A stretch of DNA of 64,000 nt, from positions 11,508 through 75,507 of IMG/VR virus record IMGVR_UViG_3300046724_000152. The stretch is one strand, 5' to 3'. Numbering within the stretch: the first letter of the stretch is position 1; the number at the start of each line of letters is the position of its first letter. The notes beneath the pieces were generated by a model that worked only from the letters and a program-made list of their open reading frames with translations, was not told where the DNA came from and did not search any database. The translations under genes were made by a program, and so were the position numbers. Shown here piece by piece: positions 17,187 through 27,016 of the stretch. This stretch comes from a virus.

Positions 17187-17949
17187 GGAGCGCAGCCGTT
17201 CAACGATGTCAGCCGCTCAACGATGTCGGTCATGAAACCACAACTCGATTGCTTCTTGGATGGCCCCCGCCAACTCGTTACAATTAGCGGGGCTGTCTAG
17301 TTCTGGCTCATCGGACAGGAAATGAACCGCTAAGTCCCAGCATTTCTTGTCGTAGGTCTTGGCCATCTGTCTCACTTTCGACGCGCGTTGATAATCAGAC
17401 ACTTGTCTCTCCTTCGGAGTGCTGTGTAGCAACCTGAAATCGTAATACGGATCCATTAGTGCCACGGCTGTCCACATGATGGACAACGCGGGCGACGATC
17501 AGCGCAGTCCAGAAGGAATGCCAGCGCAACCAAACATCCTGCCAATACGAATGGTGCAAAGCCCGCAGCAATGATTAGCCAATGGAAGAAGTCCCAGACC
17601 CAATCCGGTGGAAGATCGTTGTAGCCCGGTCCCATGCTCTCTCCTCAATAATGCTTGATGGGTCGATTAAAGTGACTACCTCTAACACTATCAATGCATC
17701 CGTTCGGATTATGGATCCCGTAGCATAATGCTCTTTGGTCTTTTTCAAATTGCTCGCAGACGATGCCTTGCATCCACGAGCATTGCGTCGGACTACTGAC
17801 AAAAAATCCGCCCCGGCAATCGTCATCCTTGCTAGGGACACAGACGCCCCAGCCGCCGATCTCACCTCCAGCTCCTGCTGGCAGCCTCAAAATGAGAGTT
17901 ATGAGGCTCACCAGAATGAGTACGAACAGGAACCAGAAGATCTTGATGA

Positions 17950-18303
17950 TCATCCCTTGAACTCGATTTGATGGTGCCACTCATCGAGTGTTTTGTTCAG
18001 GGTTACAGCCGCCTGGAAGGCTCCATTGGAGATATGAACATGACGATCAATCTCAGCGTGGAGACGCTCTTCGTTGTCGGCTAGATAGCCGTCCATCTTG
18101 GTCAGGGCCTCGAACAGGCTATGCAATTTCGAGCGGCTATCGGTTGTAGTACGGCTGATGATGGCCTTGGTATGCACGGCAATGGCATGAGCGACACGAT
18201 CCGGCGTTACGTCATTGTTGACGCGAGTCACTAGCTCGGTGACTGCCGCCTCGACGTTCTTGATAAGCTCATCGGTCTTGAGTTCTTCAATCTTTTCCAT
18301 CAC
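17950..18303 (-). CDS. Hypothetical helical protein
   Basis: 117-aa ORF in a run of minus-strand genes. Confidence 0.5.
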   Translation of the reverse strand: MMEKIEELKTDELIKNVEAAVTELVTRVNNDVTPDRVAHAIAVHTKAIISRTTTDSRSKLHSLFEALTKMDGYLADNEERLHAEIDRHVHISNGAFQAAVTLNKTLDEWHHQIEFKG

Positions 18304-18522
18304 TCAGTTCTCCATGGGTTCGAAGTTGTCATCGAAATACTTCTTTGCGATCAGCCACTTATCGTCGTGGTTTTTTGGATTCCTGGCGATCATATCCCCT
18401 TCCACGGGAGATCCAGCCAATCTATCGACAACGGACACGTTGACGCCGGTCATGTCGTCACCCTTCTGCCATGGCCTTAGCTCAGCGATCTGCTTGCGGC
18501 GATAGAGTTTGAATTTGCTCAT
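18304..18522 (-). CDS. Hypothetical phage protein
   Basis: GDMIARNPKNHDDKWLIAKKYF pattern; abuts the next gene. Confidence 0.55.
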   Translation of the reverse strand: MSKFKLYRRKQIAELRPWQKGDDMTGVNVSVVDRLAGSPVEGDMIARNPKNHDDKWLIAKKYFDDNFEPMEN

Positions 18523-18580
18523 ATTCTTATCTCATCCACTTGCATGAAGTGGCCGGGGCTTTTACACCCCGGCCTATTGC

Positions 18581-19357
18581 TTAGGCCGCTAACTGCTTAC
18601 GCCGACGCTTGGCGAAACCAATCAACATGCCACACGCTGCAATCAAGCCAGGGATACCGGCACCGGCAATTGGGCCGGGGACGGCAACGGCTTGACCCGG
18701 CTCGATGAAGAAGCTGTCCGGCCCATCGTTCAATCCCGACATGCGGGCGGCGAACAGGATCTCGTCGCCGGGATTGATGCCATTCAGCGTCAGGCCAGTC
18801 AGCGTGTAGTCCGGAAAGCCGGTGCCGTTGTTGAGTGACGGCACGTTGCCGGTCGTCCCGCCGGTAAACGATGCGAGCAGAGTATGCGTTGTCAGGTCCA
18901 GTAGGAAGAAACTGTTCAACGTCTGTGCCACGTTGGTGTCGTTAACATCGACGCCAATGGTGAAGCTTAGGTTAGCGTTGCTGCCGCCGTTGGCGAGCAG
19001 GAAAGCCTTGAGCAGCGAGCCATCGCCGATCTGATAGCCACCGGTTGTAGTATTGTTGAACGTGTTGTCGAGCAGCGAATTCCTGCCACCGTTGCCTTGG
19101 TCGGAGAAGGCGGTGATCGAAGTCACGTTGCCGTTGTTGGAGTAGTCATTATAACCGAAGCCTGAAGGCTGCCCCGGCTGGTTCTCGCCGCAGATGACGC
19201 ACGGTGCGTTGTTCGGCTGGTTGCCACCTGGAACGACGGCGTTGAGCTGGAGAGTGGTGCCGGTGCCGGTCCAGGTCTGGCCACCGAGAATGACATCGGC
19301 CTGGGCTGGTAGGGACAGGGCAGCTAGCATTGTCCCTGCCATTAAAAGTTTTCTCAT
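18581..19357 (-). CDS. Secreted protein with PEP-CTERM-like (VPGP) sorting tail
   Basis: GAGGAG RBS; signal peptide MRKLLMAG..AQA; tail VPGPIAGAGIPGLIAACGMLIGFAKRRRK. Confidence 0.8.
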   Translation of the reverse strand: MRKLLMAGTMLAALSLPAQADVILGGQTWTGTGTTLQLNAVVPGGNQPNNAPCVICGENQPGQPSGFGYNDYSNNGNVTSITAFSDQGNGGRNSLLDNTFNNTTTGGYQIGDGSLLKAFLLANGGSNANLSFTIGVDVNDTNVAQTLNSFFLLDLTTHTLLASFTGGTTGNVPSLNNGTGFPDYTLTGLTLNGINPGDEILFAARMSGLNDGPDSFFIEPGQAVAVPGPIAGAGIPGLIAACGMLIGFAKRRRKQLAA

Positions 19358-19424
19358 ATTTACTCCTCTGAGTCCCCGATAGAATGACCATCCGGTGCTG
19401 GGGCGGATCACCGGCTGGTAGAAA

Positions 19425-19790
19425 TTAACAACCAAATTTTCTCTTAGGCCATCGATATTTTTTAGATTGCGATATTGGCTTGGAATGCAGCTTAGCACTG
19501 AATTCTGCCCATTTCTTCTCGATCCTTCGGGACTTAGCAACAATGGCCGTGTCTTTCTTGGATTTCTGCCGATGCTCATGGATCAGCCTTGGCGTTAAAT
19601 TCCAAGGCTCATCAATGGGTTCGGTGGCATGAAGAATTCCGTGGTCAAACTGATAAAGCGAGATGATTTGCTCAGCGGACATCCCTTTCGATTCCTCGTA
19701 AGGGATGTCCTTGAGCATAAGCAAAGCGGATGCCAGCTTGGTCTTAAGACCGATGTGTTTCCTGGATGGCATAGAGATCGTCCCAGACAT
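19425..19790 (-). CDS. HNH-like endonuclease (divergent)
   Basis: FDH...WNL...EHRQKSKKD..IVAK; lacks the Cys ligands. Confidence 0.5.
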   Translation of the reverse strand: MSGTISMPSRKHIGLKTKLASALLMLKDIPYEESKGMSAEQIISLYQFDHGILHATEPIDEPWNLTPRLIHEHRQKSKKDTAIVAKSRRIEKKWAEFSAKLHSKPISQSKKYRWPKRKFGC

Positions 19791-20088
19791 TGAGATACGT
19801 TCCGGCTCGTTCTGGGAATTTCTCGGTGATGGCTGGTTTCGTTTTACCGTAATCTATTTCACTGACAAGGTGGCCAATCAACTTCATAACATCGGCTCTA
19901 TAAGCCTTTATGCGGAATCTGTAGTCAGCCTTGTCAGATTCTTCTATTGCATTAGAGATGACGGGGATTCGTCCCATGACATATTCAAGGTCAGCTCTTG
20001 ATCGTGCTTTGATGGTAAGAATTTCATCGTTTTCATCACTGTCTTGTTGGATGATATTAAAAAATCCGATCTTGGTAACAATCCACAT
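19744..20088 (-). CDS. Hypothetical phage protein
   Basis: MWIVTKIGFF...IKARS..DL...DYRFRI; GGAGG RBS. Confidence 0.6.
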   Translation of the reverse strand: MWIVTKIGFFNIIQQDSDENDEILTIKARSRADLEYVMGRIPVISNAIEESDKADYRFRIKAYRADVMKLIGHLVSEIDYGKTKPAITEKFPERAGTYLNVWDDLYAIQETHRS

Positions 20089-20256
20089 TATTTGGCAACC
20101 TCCATTACGGTTAAGTCATTGGAATATATGACGGAACTAAGATATCTGCCATCAGGTGCAAGCTCCGGAATTGTCGCGCTGACATGGTGGAATTGACGCT
20201 GGAGGCCTTCTATGACCTCCAGCACACCATCCCTAGTGGATGCTTCGATAAGGGCT

Positions 20257-20727
20257 CTACCGCTTGTCATCGTCGCTCTTATCCGGCGGACCAAAGACCG
20301 GAGTGTTCGAGATCCTGAATCCCTTGATCCCAGGCATGATCTCGACGTTATCCTCTTCCTTGGTCGTAAAGCCCTGGACACTCAATTCGGTGAAGCTGAC
20401 CTTTCGCTTCACCTCATCCATGTCGAGGGTGCAGCTAACGGTATCGCCCTCTTCGTTGAAGCCAAGGATCAACCCACGGTTCGCCAAGGGCTGTGCATAA
20501 CCCTCCCACACAAAGAAATAGCGGGGATGGTTCAGCAGCCCTTCGTCGTCAACGTAGATGCAGTTTCTACGGTCCACGTTGACTGCGGTGAAGGTGCTGG
20601 CCTTGATGAACTCATAGATCTGCTTGAAGTTGCCGTTGTGCCAGACCTCCTCGATGGTTCTGGCTTCCGGATCAATCAGAATCCCTCTGATGACGGGGAC
20701 GTTCTCTCTGATGTTTTTGGGTCTCAT
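20257..20727 (-). CDS. DUF3846-like phage protein
   Basis: ILIDP...IYVDDEGL...G.ILG motif. Confidence 0.55.
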   Translation of the reverse strand: MRPKNIRENVPVIRGILIDPEARTIEEVWHNGNFKQIYEFIKASTFTAVNVDRRNCIYVDDEGLLNHPRYFFVWEGYAQPLANRGLILGFNEEGDTVSCTLDMDEVKRKVSFTELSVQGFTTKEEDNVEIMPGIKGFRISNTPVFGPPDKSDDDKR

Positions 20728-20945
20728 CAGCTCACCGTGACTTCGAAGGTCAGATTGCTGATAGCATCTGATACGAGACTATCGATCCCATCAATGCTGT
20801 CGGCTGATACCGTAAAGTCTCCAAGCCTTTCGTCAACGATATCGCCAACAACGTCACGGATCTTGGCCTCGATATACTCCTCCAGCTTCTCCTTGAAGTC
20901 GGCAGCCAGTGGGTCCATGGACTCTAGAATTCTTGATGCATTCAT
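20727..20945 (-). CDS. Hypothetical acidic protein
   Basis: Coupled ORF. Confidence 0.5.
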   Translation of the reverse strand: MNASRILESMDPLAADFKEKLEEYIEAKIRDVVGDIVDERLGDFTVSADSIDGIDSLVSDAISNLTFEVTVS

Positions 20946-21175
20946 TGCAGTTCTCCGTTGCTCTTGAGGATGGCATACTCGATACAGTAAGCGAGATATT
21001 TAGGGTCATTTTCTTGTCCGGATATCTTATTGATCCGATCCAGCACCGGGCTGATGATCTCATCGGCACAGCGTTTGGCAAATTGGTACGACTCGCAGTG
21101 CTTGTAGAGCCTTATGGCCTTCGTCATTTCAGCCGGTGTCAAGATCTGACCGATAGACAGTGTCTTAACCTGCAT
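20942..21175 (-). CDS. Hypothetical protein
   Basis: GGAGGA RBS; ATGA coupling. Confidence 0.55.
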   Translation of the reverse strand: MQVKTLSIGQILTPAEMTKAIRLYKHCESYQFAKRCADEIISPVLDRINKISGQENDPKYLAYCIEYAILKSNGELQ

Positions 21176-21201
21176 TGTCCCTCCAGTTAAATGGACAAAT
21201 G

Positions 21202-21229
21202 AAAAAGCGGGAAGCATTTGCGCTTCCCG
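21202..21229 (-). terminator. Intrinsic terminator
   Basis: CGGGAAGC/GCTTCCCG stem followed by TTTTT on the minus strand, just after the stop at 21237. Confidence 0.7.
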
Positions 21230-21236
21230 AAGCTAA

Positions 21237-21659
21237 TTATTTACGCCCCATCGGACGAACACCCAAGGTTAAATGATACTGGGCTCGTTTCTTGCCTCTT
21301 GGCTTGTTGCGTTTATCCCTCGATGGATCGTTCTTTCTGGAGGGCTGCATTTTATCCAGGAGATATTCCCCAGGCATGAAAGTTCCGCCACGGTCGAAGG
21401 CAACAACCTCGGATCGAAGCGGCTTGGACGTTAGATAACGCTCCCAATGATTGTTGTAGCGTAAATAGGTCCGCCCGAGATGAACCCTGGCTTCGGTTGC
21501 TCCCAGCATTCGTCTACAGGCTACCGCAGCAGCACACTCTGACGGGCTCTTGATCTTGGATTTCTTGATATCGCCAGTCGTTATCACGATCATAATCGAC
21601 TTGCTGCCGTCTTTAACCGGCAAGCCCTCGATCTTCATATCTTTGTTAGGATGTCTCAT
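21237..21659 (-). CDS. Hypothetical basic protein
   Basis: 140-aa ORF with GGAG RBS. Confidence 0.6.
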   Translation of the reverse strand: MRHPNKDMKIEGLPVKDGSKSIMIVITTGDIKKSKIKSPSECAAAVACRRMLGATEARVHLGRTYLRYNNHWERYLTSKPLRSEVVAFDRGGTFMPGEYLLDKMQPSRKNDPSRDKRNKPRGKKRAQYHLTLGVRPMGRK

Positions 21660-21758
21660 GTTTTCTCCATGGTTACGCTCCGCCCTTATCGCCCCTGGGG
21701 TTATTTCCCCAGGGGCTTAAGGGGAATGGACGGTGACAAGCCATCCACTCCACGGAGA

Positions 21759-23261
21759 CTAGTTGACGGTGTTGTTGATCTCGTTGACGGTTTCCTTGAT
21801 ATCGAGGGTGCGATCATTCACAATATCGACCATGGCATAAACGCTATTGACCTTCTCGGCCAAAACGCTGCCGCCCCTTTGACCAACAACCTCTTGCAGA
21901 CTGGTCGCCAGCCGTTCAGCGGCAGTCGTTTTCTTGTTGTCCCGATTGAGCAGATTCAGATGATTCTTCATCGTCTTGGCTGCTATCACGAGATCGATTT
22001 CCAGCAAGGTCTTGTCGCCACGGCTGACCATACCAAGCTTGGCCCGTTCCACACATTCACGAATGGAAGCTGGGATTTGACCGGCAAGCTCCTGGCCAGC
22101 CCTGGTTACCGATTGCATGTCGGTCAGCAGATAACCGGCATAATATCGGATCAGACGCTCAGCAGTTTCGGCGCTTGGAGCCCGCAGCGAAATCACGGCA
22201 TCGAGACGGCCAGGACGGAGGATCACTTGATCGAGCTTCTCCGCAAAGTTGGTCGTCAAGATCGTCATGATCTCGGCTCGCTTGGACAAAACGCCATCGA
22301 TGGTATTGATCAGATCGTTGGCGCTTTCATCACGGTTCTCGGCAATCCGGTCGATATCCTCGGCAAACACTACTGCCGGGGAATAACGATTGGCGAACTC
22401 CAGAGCGGCTCGAAGGCCCTGGACCTTATCCAGCAACACAAAGGTCCAGCCGTTCTGGGCGCAGACCGCTGCGGTCATCCTTGAAGTCAACGACTTGCCG
22501 GTTCCGTAGGGGCCTTCCAGTAAAATCCCGCGCTTCAGCGGAATCTTGTGAGCCCTGCATTCGTCGGTCTTTCTGATCGGGGTCAGGATCGAAGTCTCGA
22601 TCTGCTCCATGATATCGGCATCGAGCAACACCGAGTCGGTGGTGGTGTCGGAGGCATCAAAGAATCCCGGAGGGTTATCCAGGTCCAGGTTGCCTTCCAT
22701 ATCGACGCCAAGCCGGATCGACTTGCCGCGATAGATCGACTCATCCTTCACAATGCGACGGGCTTCGGTCACAAGCTCAAGGATGACGTGGCGATCCTTT
22801 TTCTTGATCACACCATGAACCAGGAAGCGGATCTTGCCTTTCTCCGAATAGAACATGGTGTTGATCGGGCTTTCGATACCCGGCAGAGCAAACGATCCAA
22901 GCGGACACTGGATCACGTCGTCGTCCCGAATGCCGGTCTTGACCGAGACCATCTGCGGCGGCTTTGGACCAAACATGGTCATCACCGATTGGGGCGAGGC
23001 CCAGCCATAGAGCTTGGTCATGGCCTTGACGAAAGCCACGGCAGCATCGTGGGGATAACCCTCGATAAACTCCCTGACCTGGAAGTCCTGGTCTTCGTCT
23101 CGAACCAGACGAGTCAGGGCTTCGATGGCCTTGCGTGGCGGCATCTTGCCGGGATCGCCAGGAAGCGTAATGGCGCGGCCCTCATACTTGATCTCGGGAT
23201 TGAGGGAGTCCCAGTTCAGCTTCTTGCTGGCAATCGCCACGTTAATGTCTTCTGTAGGCAT
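21759..23261 (-). CDS. AAA+ ATPase
   Basis: Walker A GPYGTGKS, Walker B VVFAEDID, TTN and RPGRLD second region of homology. Confidence 0.9.
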   Translation of the reverse strand: MPTEDINVAIASKKLNWDSLNPEIKYEGRAITLPGDPGKMPPRKAIEALTRLVRDEDQDFQVREFIEGYPHDAAVAFVKAMTKLYGWASPQSVMTMFGPKPPQMVSVKTGIRDDDVIQCPLGSFALPGIESPINTMFYSEKGKIRFLVHGVIKKKDRHVILELVTEARRIVKDESIYRGKSIRLGVDMEGNLDLDNPPGFFDASDTTTDSVLLDADIMEQIETSILTPIRKTDECRAHKIPLKRGILLEGPYGTGKSLTSRMTAAVCAQNGWTFVLLDKVQGLRAALEFANRYSPAVVFAEDIDRIAENRDESANDLINTIDGVLSKRAEIMTILTTNFAEKLDQVILRPGRLDAVISLRAPSAETAERLIRYYAGYLLTDMQSVTRAGQELAGQIPASIRECVERAKLGMVSRGDKTLLEIDLVIAAKTMKNHLNLLNRDNKKTTAAERLATSLQEVVGQRGGSVLAEKVNSVYAMVDIVNDRTLDIKETVNEINNTVN

Positions 23262-23360
23262 ATGTTTCTCCGTGTTAGCGGATAGATTTCCGCTCCATTG
23301 CCCCACTGGAGTTAACCAATGGGGCAACAGGCCGAAAACCTAGGTACAGGGGACCAGAAC

Positions 23361-23894
23361 CTAGTTCAGCGAACTCGATGACGGCGGAGCCGTCTTGCGC
23401 CGCTCGATAAAGGCTTCGAGAACCTCTTTGCCCATGACGCTGGCAACTCGGCCAGCCTCGGCAATTCCAGGCATGATGAAGTCATCGGCCTGTTTGCCGG
23501 TCAGCTTCTCGAAGGCTTCCATCGCCTCCCAGTAGGTGATGGCACTCATGGCCGAGTCGGACGACTCGTTCTTGTGGTTATAATCCGGCGTGATCTTGTT
23601 GGTGAGCAACGCCGAAAACAACAAGGTGTCGGCTGTAATGCCAAGGCAGGGATCGAAATCCTCGATGTTCTGCGTCTTGGTGGCCTTGGGATTGTATTTC
23701 TTCTGGTCGGCCACGCACATCGCTATGGTCTTCATGATGCCAGCTACATAGGCCGACAGCACATAGATGGTATCCGGCATGCTGCCACCTAAATTCTTGG
23801 CTGCAATCGTCAGTTTCTGGGCGGTTCGCTCGCCGTGACCATAAGCATCGCCGCCGAGATCTTCCAGTTTCTTGTCGGCTCTACGAAATTCCAT
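23361..23894 (-). CDS. Hypothetical protein
   Basis: 177-aa ORF with CGGAGACTGAC leader. Confidence 0.6.
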   Translation of the reverse strand: MEFRRADKKLEDLGGDAYGHGERTAQKLTIAAKNLGGSMPDTIYVLSAYVAGIMKTIAMCVADQKKYNPKATKTQNIEDFDPCLGITADTLLFSALLTNKITPDYNHKNESSDSAMSAITYWEAMEAFEKLTGKQADDFIMPGIAEAGRVASVMGKEVLEAFIERRKTAPPSSSSLN

Positions 23895-23986
23895 TTGTCA
23901 GTCTCCGTGTTGGTGGGGTCGTTTAGTTTCTCTTCTCTTCCTCCCTCGAAGAGGGAGGGAGGAAGAGAAGAGGTTTTGCGGTGTTG

Positions 23987-24241
23987 TTATTCGTCGTTCT
24001 TTGCCATGACGGCAAAGGCCTTTCGCGAGGTATGGCTGGCAACGTAACGGTCGATATCCTCTCTTGAGAGTTGCTGGGTGCCTCTGATCTTGGCCATGAA
24101 TAAGCCGATTCCGGCTCCCATCCTGAAGGCCAGCTCCATCAGGGCCATAGGCTTGAACATGGTGAATAGCTCTGGATGCTGAACAAACGGACTGGTTTCC
24201 CAGGCCCTGTCGACTTGATTAGCAAAATCTTCCATATCCAT
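23987..24241 (-). CDS. Hypothetical protein
   Basis: CGGAGACTGAC leader before ATG. Confidence 0.55.
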   Translation of the reverse strand: MDMEDFANQVDRAWETSPFVQHPELFTMFKPMALMELAFRMGAGIGLFMAKIRGTQQLSREDIDRYVASHTSRKAFAVMAKNDE

Positions 24242-24300
24242 GTCAGTCTCCGCGCGTTGAAACGAAAAAGGCGGGAGCATTGCTGCCCCCGCCCTGTAGC

Positions 24301-24651
24301 TTAGTTGACCTTGGTCAGACTCTCGGTCTGCGCCAGATGGAACAACGCCATGCCCTTCGGGGTCCGCAGCGCCTTCTGACCCTTCATGACCCGGCGGCCA
24401 GCCTCGATCCACTTATCGTAGGTCCGGATGGTCTCATGAGCCACGCAGTTCTCGTAGCCAGCCTCCTGGAAGAGCTTAACCGCGACATCGGCATTGACCA
24501 GAGCATTGGCCGCCTTTTGCTCATCGGTGAGCTTCTGGCGGGGTTGGCTCTTGGCTTTGCCTTTGCCACGGCCCTTACGAACCGGCTGAGCTGCTGAAGC
24601 GGCAACTGCACTGGCAACCAACTGAGCAAGCTGTTCGGCAGAGAAGTTCAT
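24301..24651 (-). CDS. ArdC-N-like ssDNA-binding domain protein
   Basis: TYDKWIEAGRRVMKGQKA...LFH..QT. Confidence 0.55.
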   Translation of the reverse strand: MNFSAEQLAQLVASAVAASAAQPVRKGRGKGKAKSQPRQKLTDEQKAANALVNADVAVKLFQEAGYENCVAHETIRTYDKWIEAGRRVMKGQKALRTPKGMALFHLAQTESLTKVN

Positions 24652-25811
24652 TGTAGTCTCCATGGTTGGTGGTGGGGTGGTTTGTGGTGTGTCTCTCTCT
24701 TCTTACGAAAGTAAGAAGAAGAGAGAGACACAAGAGAAGGTTAACGGGACTGCGGATGGTCTGGGCCATAAGTAGCGGCACAGCTTTTCTTGGTTATCTC
24801 GTCAATTTTCTTTTTGACGATTTTTACATAAGCTTCGACGCCGTATTTCTTTATTCGGTTTCTAACTCCACTTAATTGCAGGGGATACGGTGCATCTTGC
24901 AGAAGCTTCTTAAGTTCCGGTGGCAGCCTGTCGTAATAATTCCAGGACAGGGGTTTTTTGGCTCTGGCTTTGATTTTGCCATTCTGGTTTTTCACCCAGC
25001 GGCCTCCTTCTCAAGATTAACCTCGATGATTTCCATGCCACTGGAAACCAGGGTTAATTCATAGGCTCGCTTGCTGGTGGGACGGCACTGAATGGCCGCT
25101 TCGCATTCGGCAATAGTTTCCATCATGGACTCTATGATTTCATCGTGAGTCATTCTGGATTTTGTCATGTCGTTCTCCGTGGTGGCAGCGATGAGAGGGG
25201 CTTTCGAAGCCTCTCAAGCGAAGCAAGAGGCAGAGAAGGGAGAGAAGATTAGATGCGTGGGACTCCGCCGGTCGTGTTCTTCAAAGTGTTCTGGGCAGCG
25301 GTGATAACCTCGATTATTCCGCTGATTTCCGATGCATCGATCTTGGTTGGGTCCAAGGCATCGACCATGGTCTCCATGACTGCGCTTAATTCCTTGACGA
25401 CCCTGATCAGCTCCAGGATCTCGCCTTGCAGCTTGTAGGTTTCCATTATTTCTCCTCTCGGTTCCGGTAAATCAGCGCCAGTCTGGCAGGAATTACCTTG
25501 GTGCCGTTGCAGTTATCGCAGCAGCGATCCTCTGCTATCTTGGTTACCGGCCAAGGATTATTGCCAAATCCCAGGAATGTGTCAGAGCAAATTGAGCATA
25601 CGAACAGCTTTCTTAGCTCGGGGCTTTTTGTATTCATAATTGTCGTCCTTTCGAAGCGTGTCCCAGGTTTCTCGTTTGATCCTGACGCCACGCTCAGCGC
25701 CAGGAGTCTTGATGCGAACCCATTTGTAACCGATCTGGGCTAGAACGGGCCGCCAGCCAGCACCGATCCTTGGTGCCTCGTCTTGGAAATAAACGTGGAG
25801 TCGTTGGGTCT

Positions 25812-26159
25812 TCATTTAAAAACCTTTCCTGGGATGTTTGCCTTCTTGAGCCTCCTGACCATATCGGCGGTGCCTGGACCGCCAGGAAAGGCGACGTAGT
25901 AATCCGGCTTGCCTTCATCGATCATTCGCTGATTGCGAATGGGACCGGCCATTTTGCCCCAGTTGTCCCAGTCCGCTTCGAAGCTGGCGTGGTCTTTAAG
26001 GCCGCGCTGACGAGACCAGCAGCCGGACAAATAGTCAGCGCCGCCAGCGCCGCCTTCGATGATGCAAGTAATTGGAAAAATCTCGTGGATTTTATCCAAC
26101 TCCTGCCGCAGGAACTTGATGTCCGCAAACTTGCGGCCTCCGCAGACTAAAACTCTCAT
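25812..26159 (-). CDS. DUF2493/YspA-like SLOG-family protein
   Basis: MRVLVCGGR...IIEGGAGGAD...ADW..GK.AGPIRNQ.M...AFPGGPGT. Confidence 0.85.
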   Translation of the reverse strand: MRVLVCGGRKFADIKFLRQELDKIHEIFPITCIIEGGAGGADYLSGCWSRQRGLKDHASFEADWDNWGKMAGPIRNQRMIDEGKPDYYVAFPGGPGTADMVRRLKKANIPGKVFK

Positions 26160-26249
26160 GGTGGCTCCTTCCTTCTCTACTTCTGTCCTCGAAGAGGACG
26201 GACAGAAGTAGAGAGTTTGCAGTGCATTTTCAGTGTGATAGAATGGGCT

Positions 26250-26810
26250 ATGGGACGAATGCTGAAGAATCCGCGCCAAGAGCGTTTCGTAAAGCTGTAC
26301 CTGATGGAAATGGCCAACGGTGGCAGTGCCACGGCGGCCTATCGCAAGGTTTATACCAATGCCACGGGCTTCAATTGTGCTTCTGCTTCAGCACATCAGT
26401 TGCTGAAGCTGCCGCACATCAAAAGCCGGATCATGGAAATGCGAATGGACATCAAGCGCAAGGCCGACATCACTTACGAGAAGATCCTGACTAACTATGA
26501 GGAAGCTCTCAAGCTGGCCAAGGAAAAGGGCGATCCAGCCAATATTATTGCTGCGGCCAGAGAACAGGCCAAGCTCGTTGGCCTGATCATTGATCGCAAG
26601 GAGGTTGGTGGTGCCGGTGATTTCGAGAACATGGAGAATATCTCGGAAATCCTCGAAGCGGTTGCCCAGCAGGTTGGTCCGGAGGCCGCTTTGGCTTTGT
26701 CCCAAGCCTTCAAACTGGTAAGCCCGACTGTGGTAACGGTAAAAGCCCCCGCTTCTGATGAAGCGGAGGCTCTATTCAAGGCCGAGACGCCAACAGACTC
26801 GGTTAATTAG
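26250..26810 (+). CDS. terS: Terminase small subunit-like protein
   Basis: LKNPRQERFVKLYL...ATAAYRKVY...AHQLLK.P.IK.RI HTH pattern. Confidence 0.65.
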   Translation: MGRMLKNPRQERFVKLYLMEMANGGSATAAYRKVYTNATGFNCASASAHQLLKLPHIKSRIMEMRMDIKRKADITYEKILTNYEEALKLAKEKGDPANIIAAAREQAKLVGLIIDRKEVGGAGDFENMENISEILEAVAQQVGPEAALALSQAFKLVSPTVVTVKAPASDEAEALFKAETPTDSVN

Positions 26811-26812
26811 AT

Positions 26813-27016
26813 TTACTCGTCCTCCTCTGGAAACGTCGCATCCCATTCCTCCGGACTAATGCCGGTTAGAATGAACTCACGCTGGCTTGGGGTTAAATGC
26901 GGAAAGGCATCCTGGATCATGGCTCCCCGGTTGTAATTGCCGATTTGCTCGGCGGTGATCGGCAAGTCCATTTCATGGGACTTGCCGGTGAGCGGTGATT
27001 TGCGTTTGACCTTCAT
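26813..27016 (-). CDS. Small phage protein
   Basis: SPLTG...IQDAFPHLT..QREFILTGI..EEWD. Confidence 0.6.
   Translation of the reverse strand: MKVKRKSPLTGKSHEMDLPITAEQIGNYNRGAMIQDAFPHLTPSQREFILTGISPEEWDATFPEEDE

Noticed and set aside
21651-23285. Long plus-strand ORFs opposite the AAA+ ATPase
   Set aside because: Antisense shadows with no motifs
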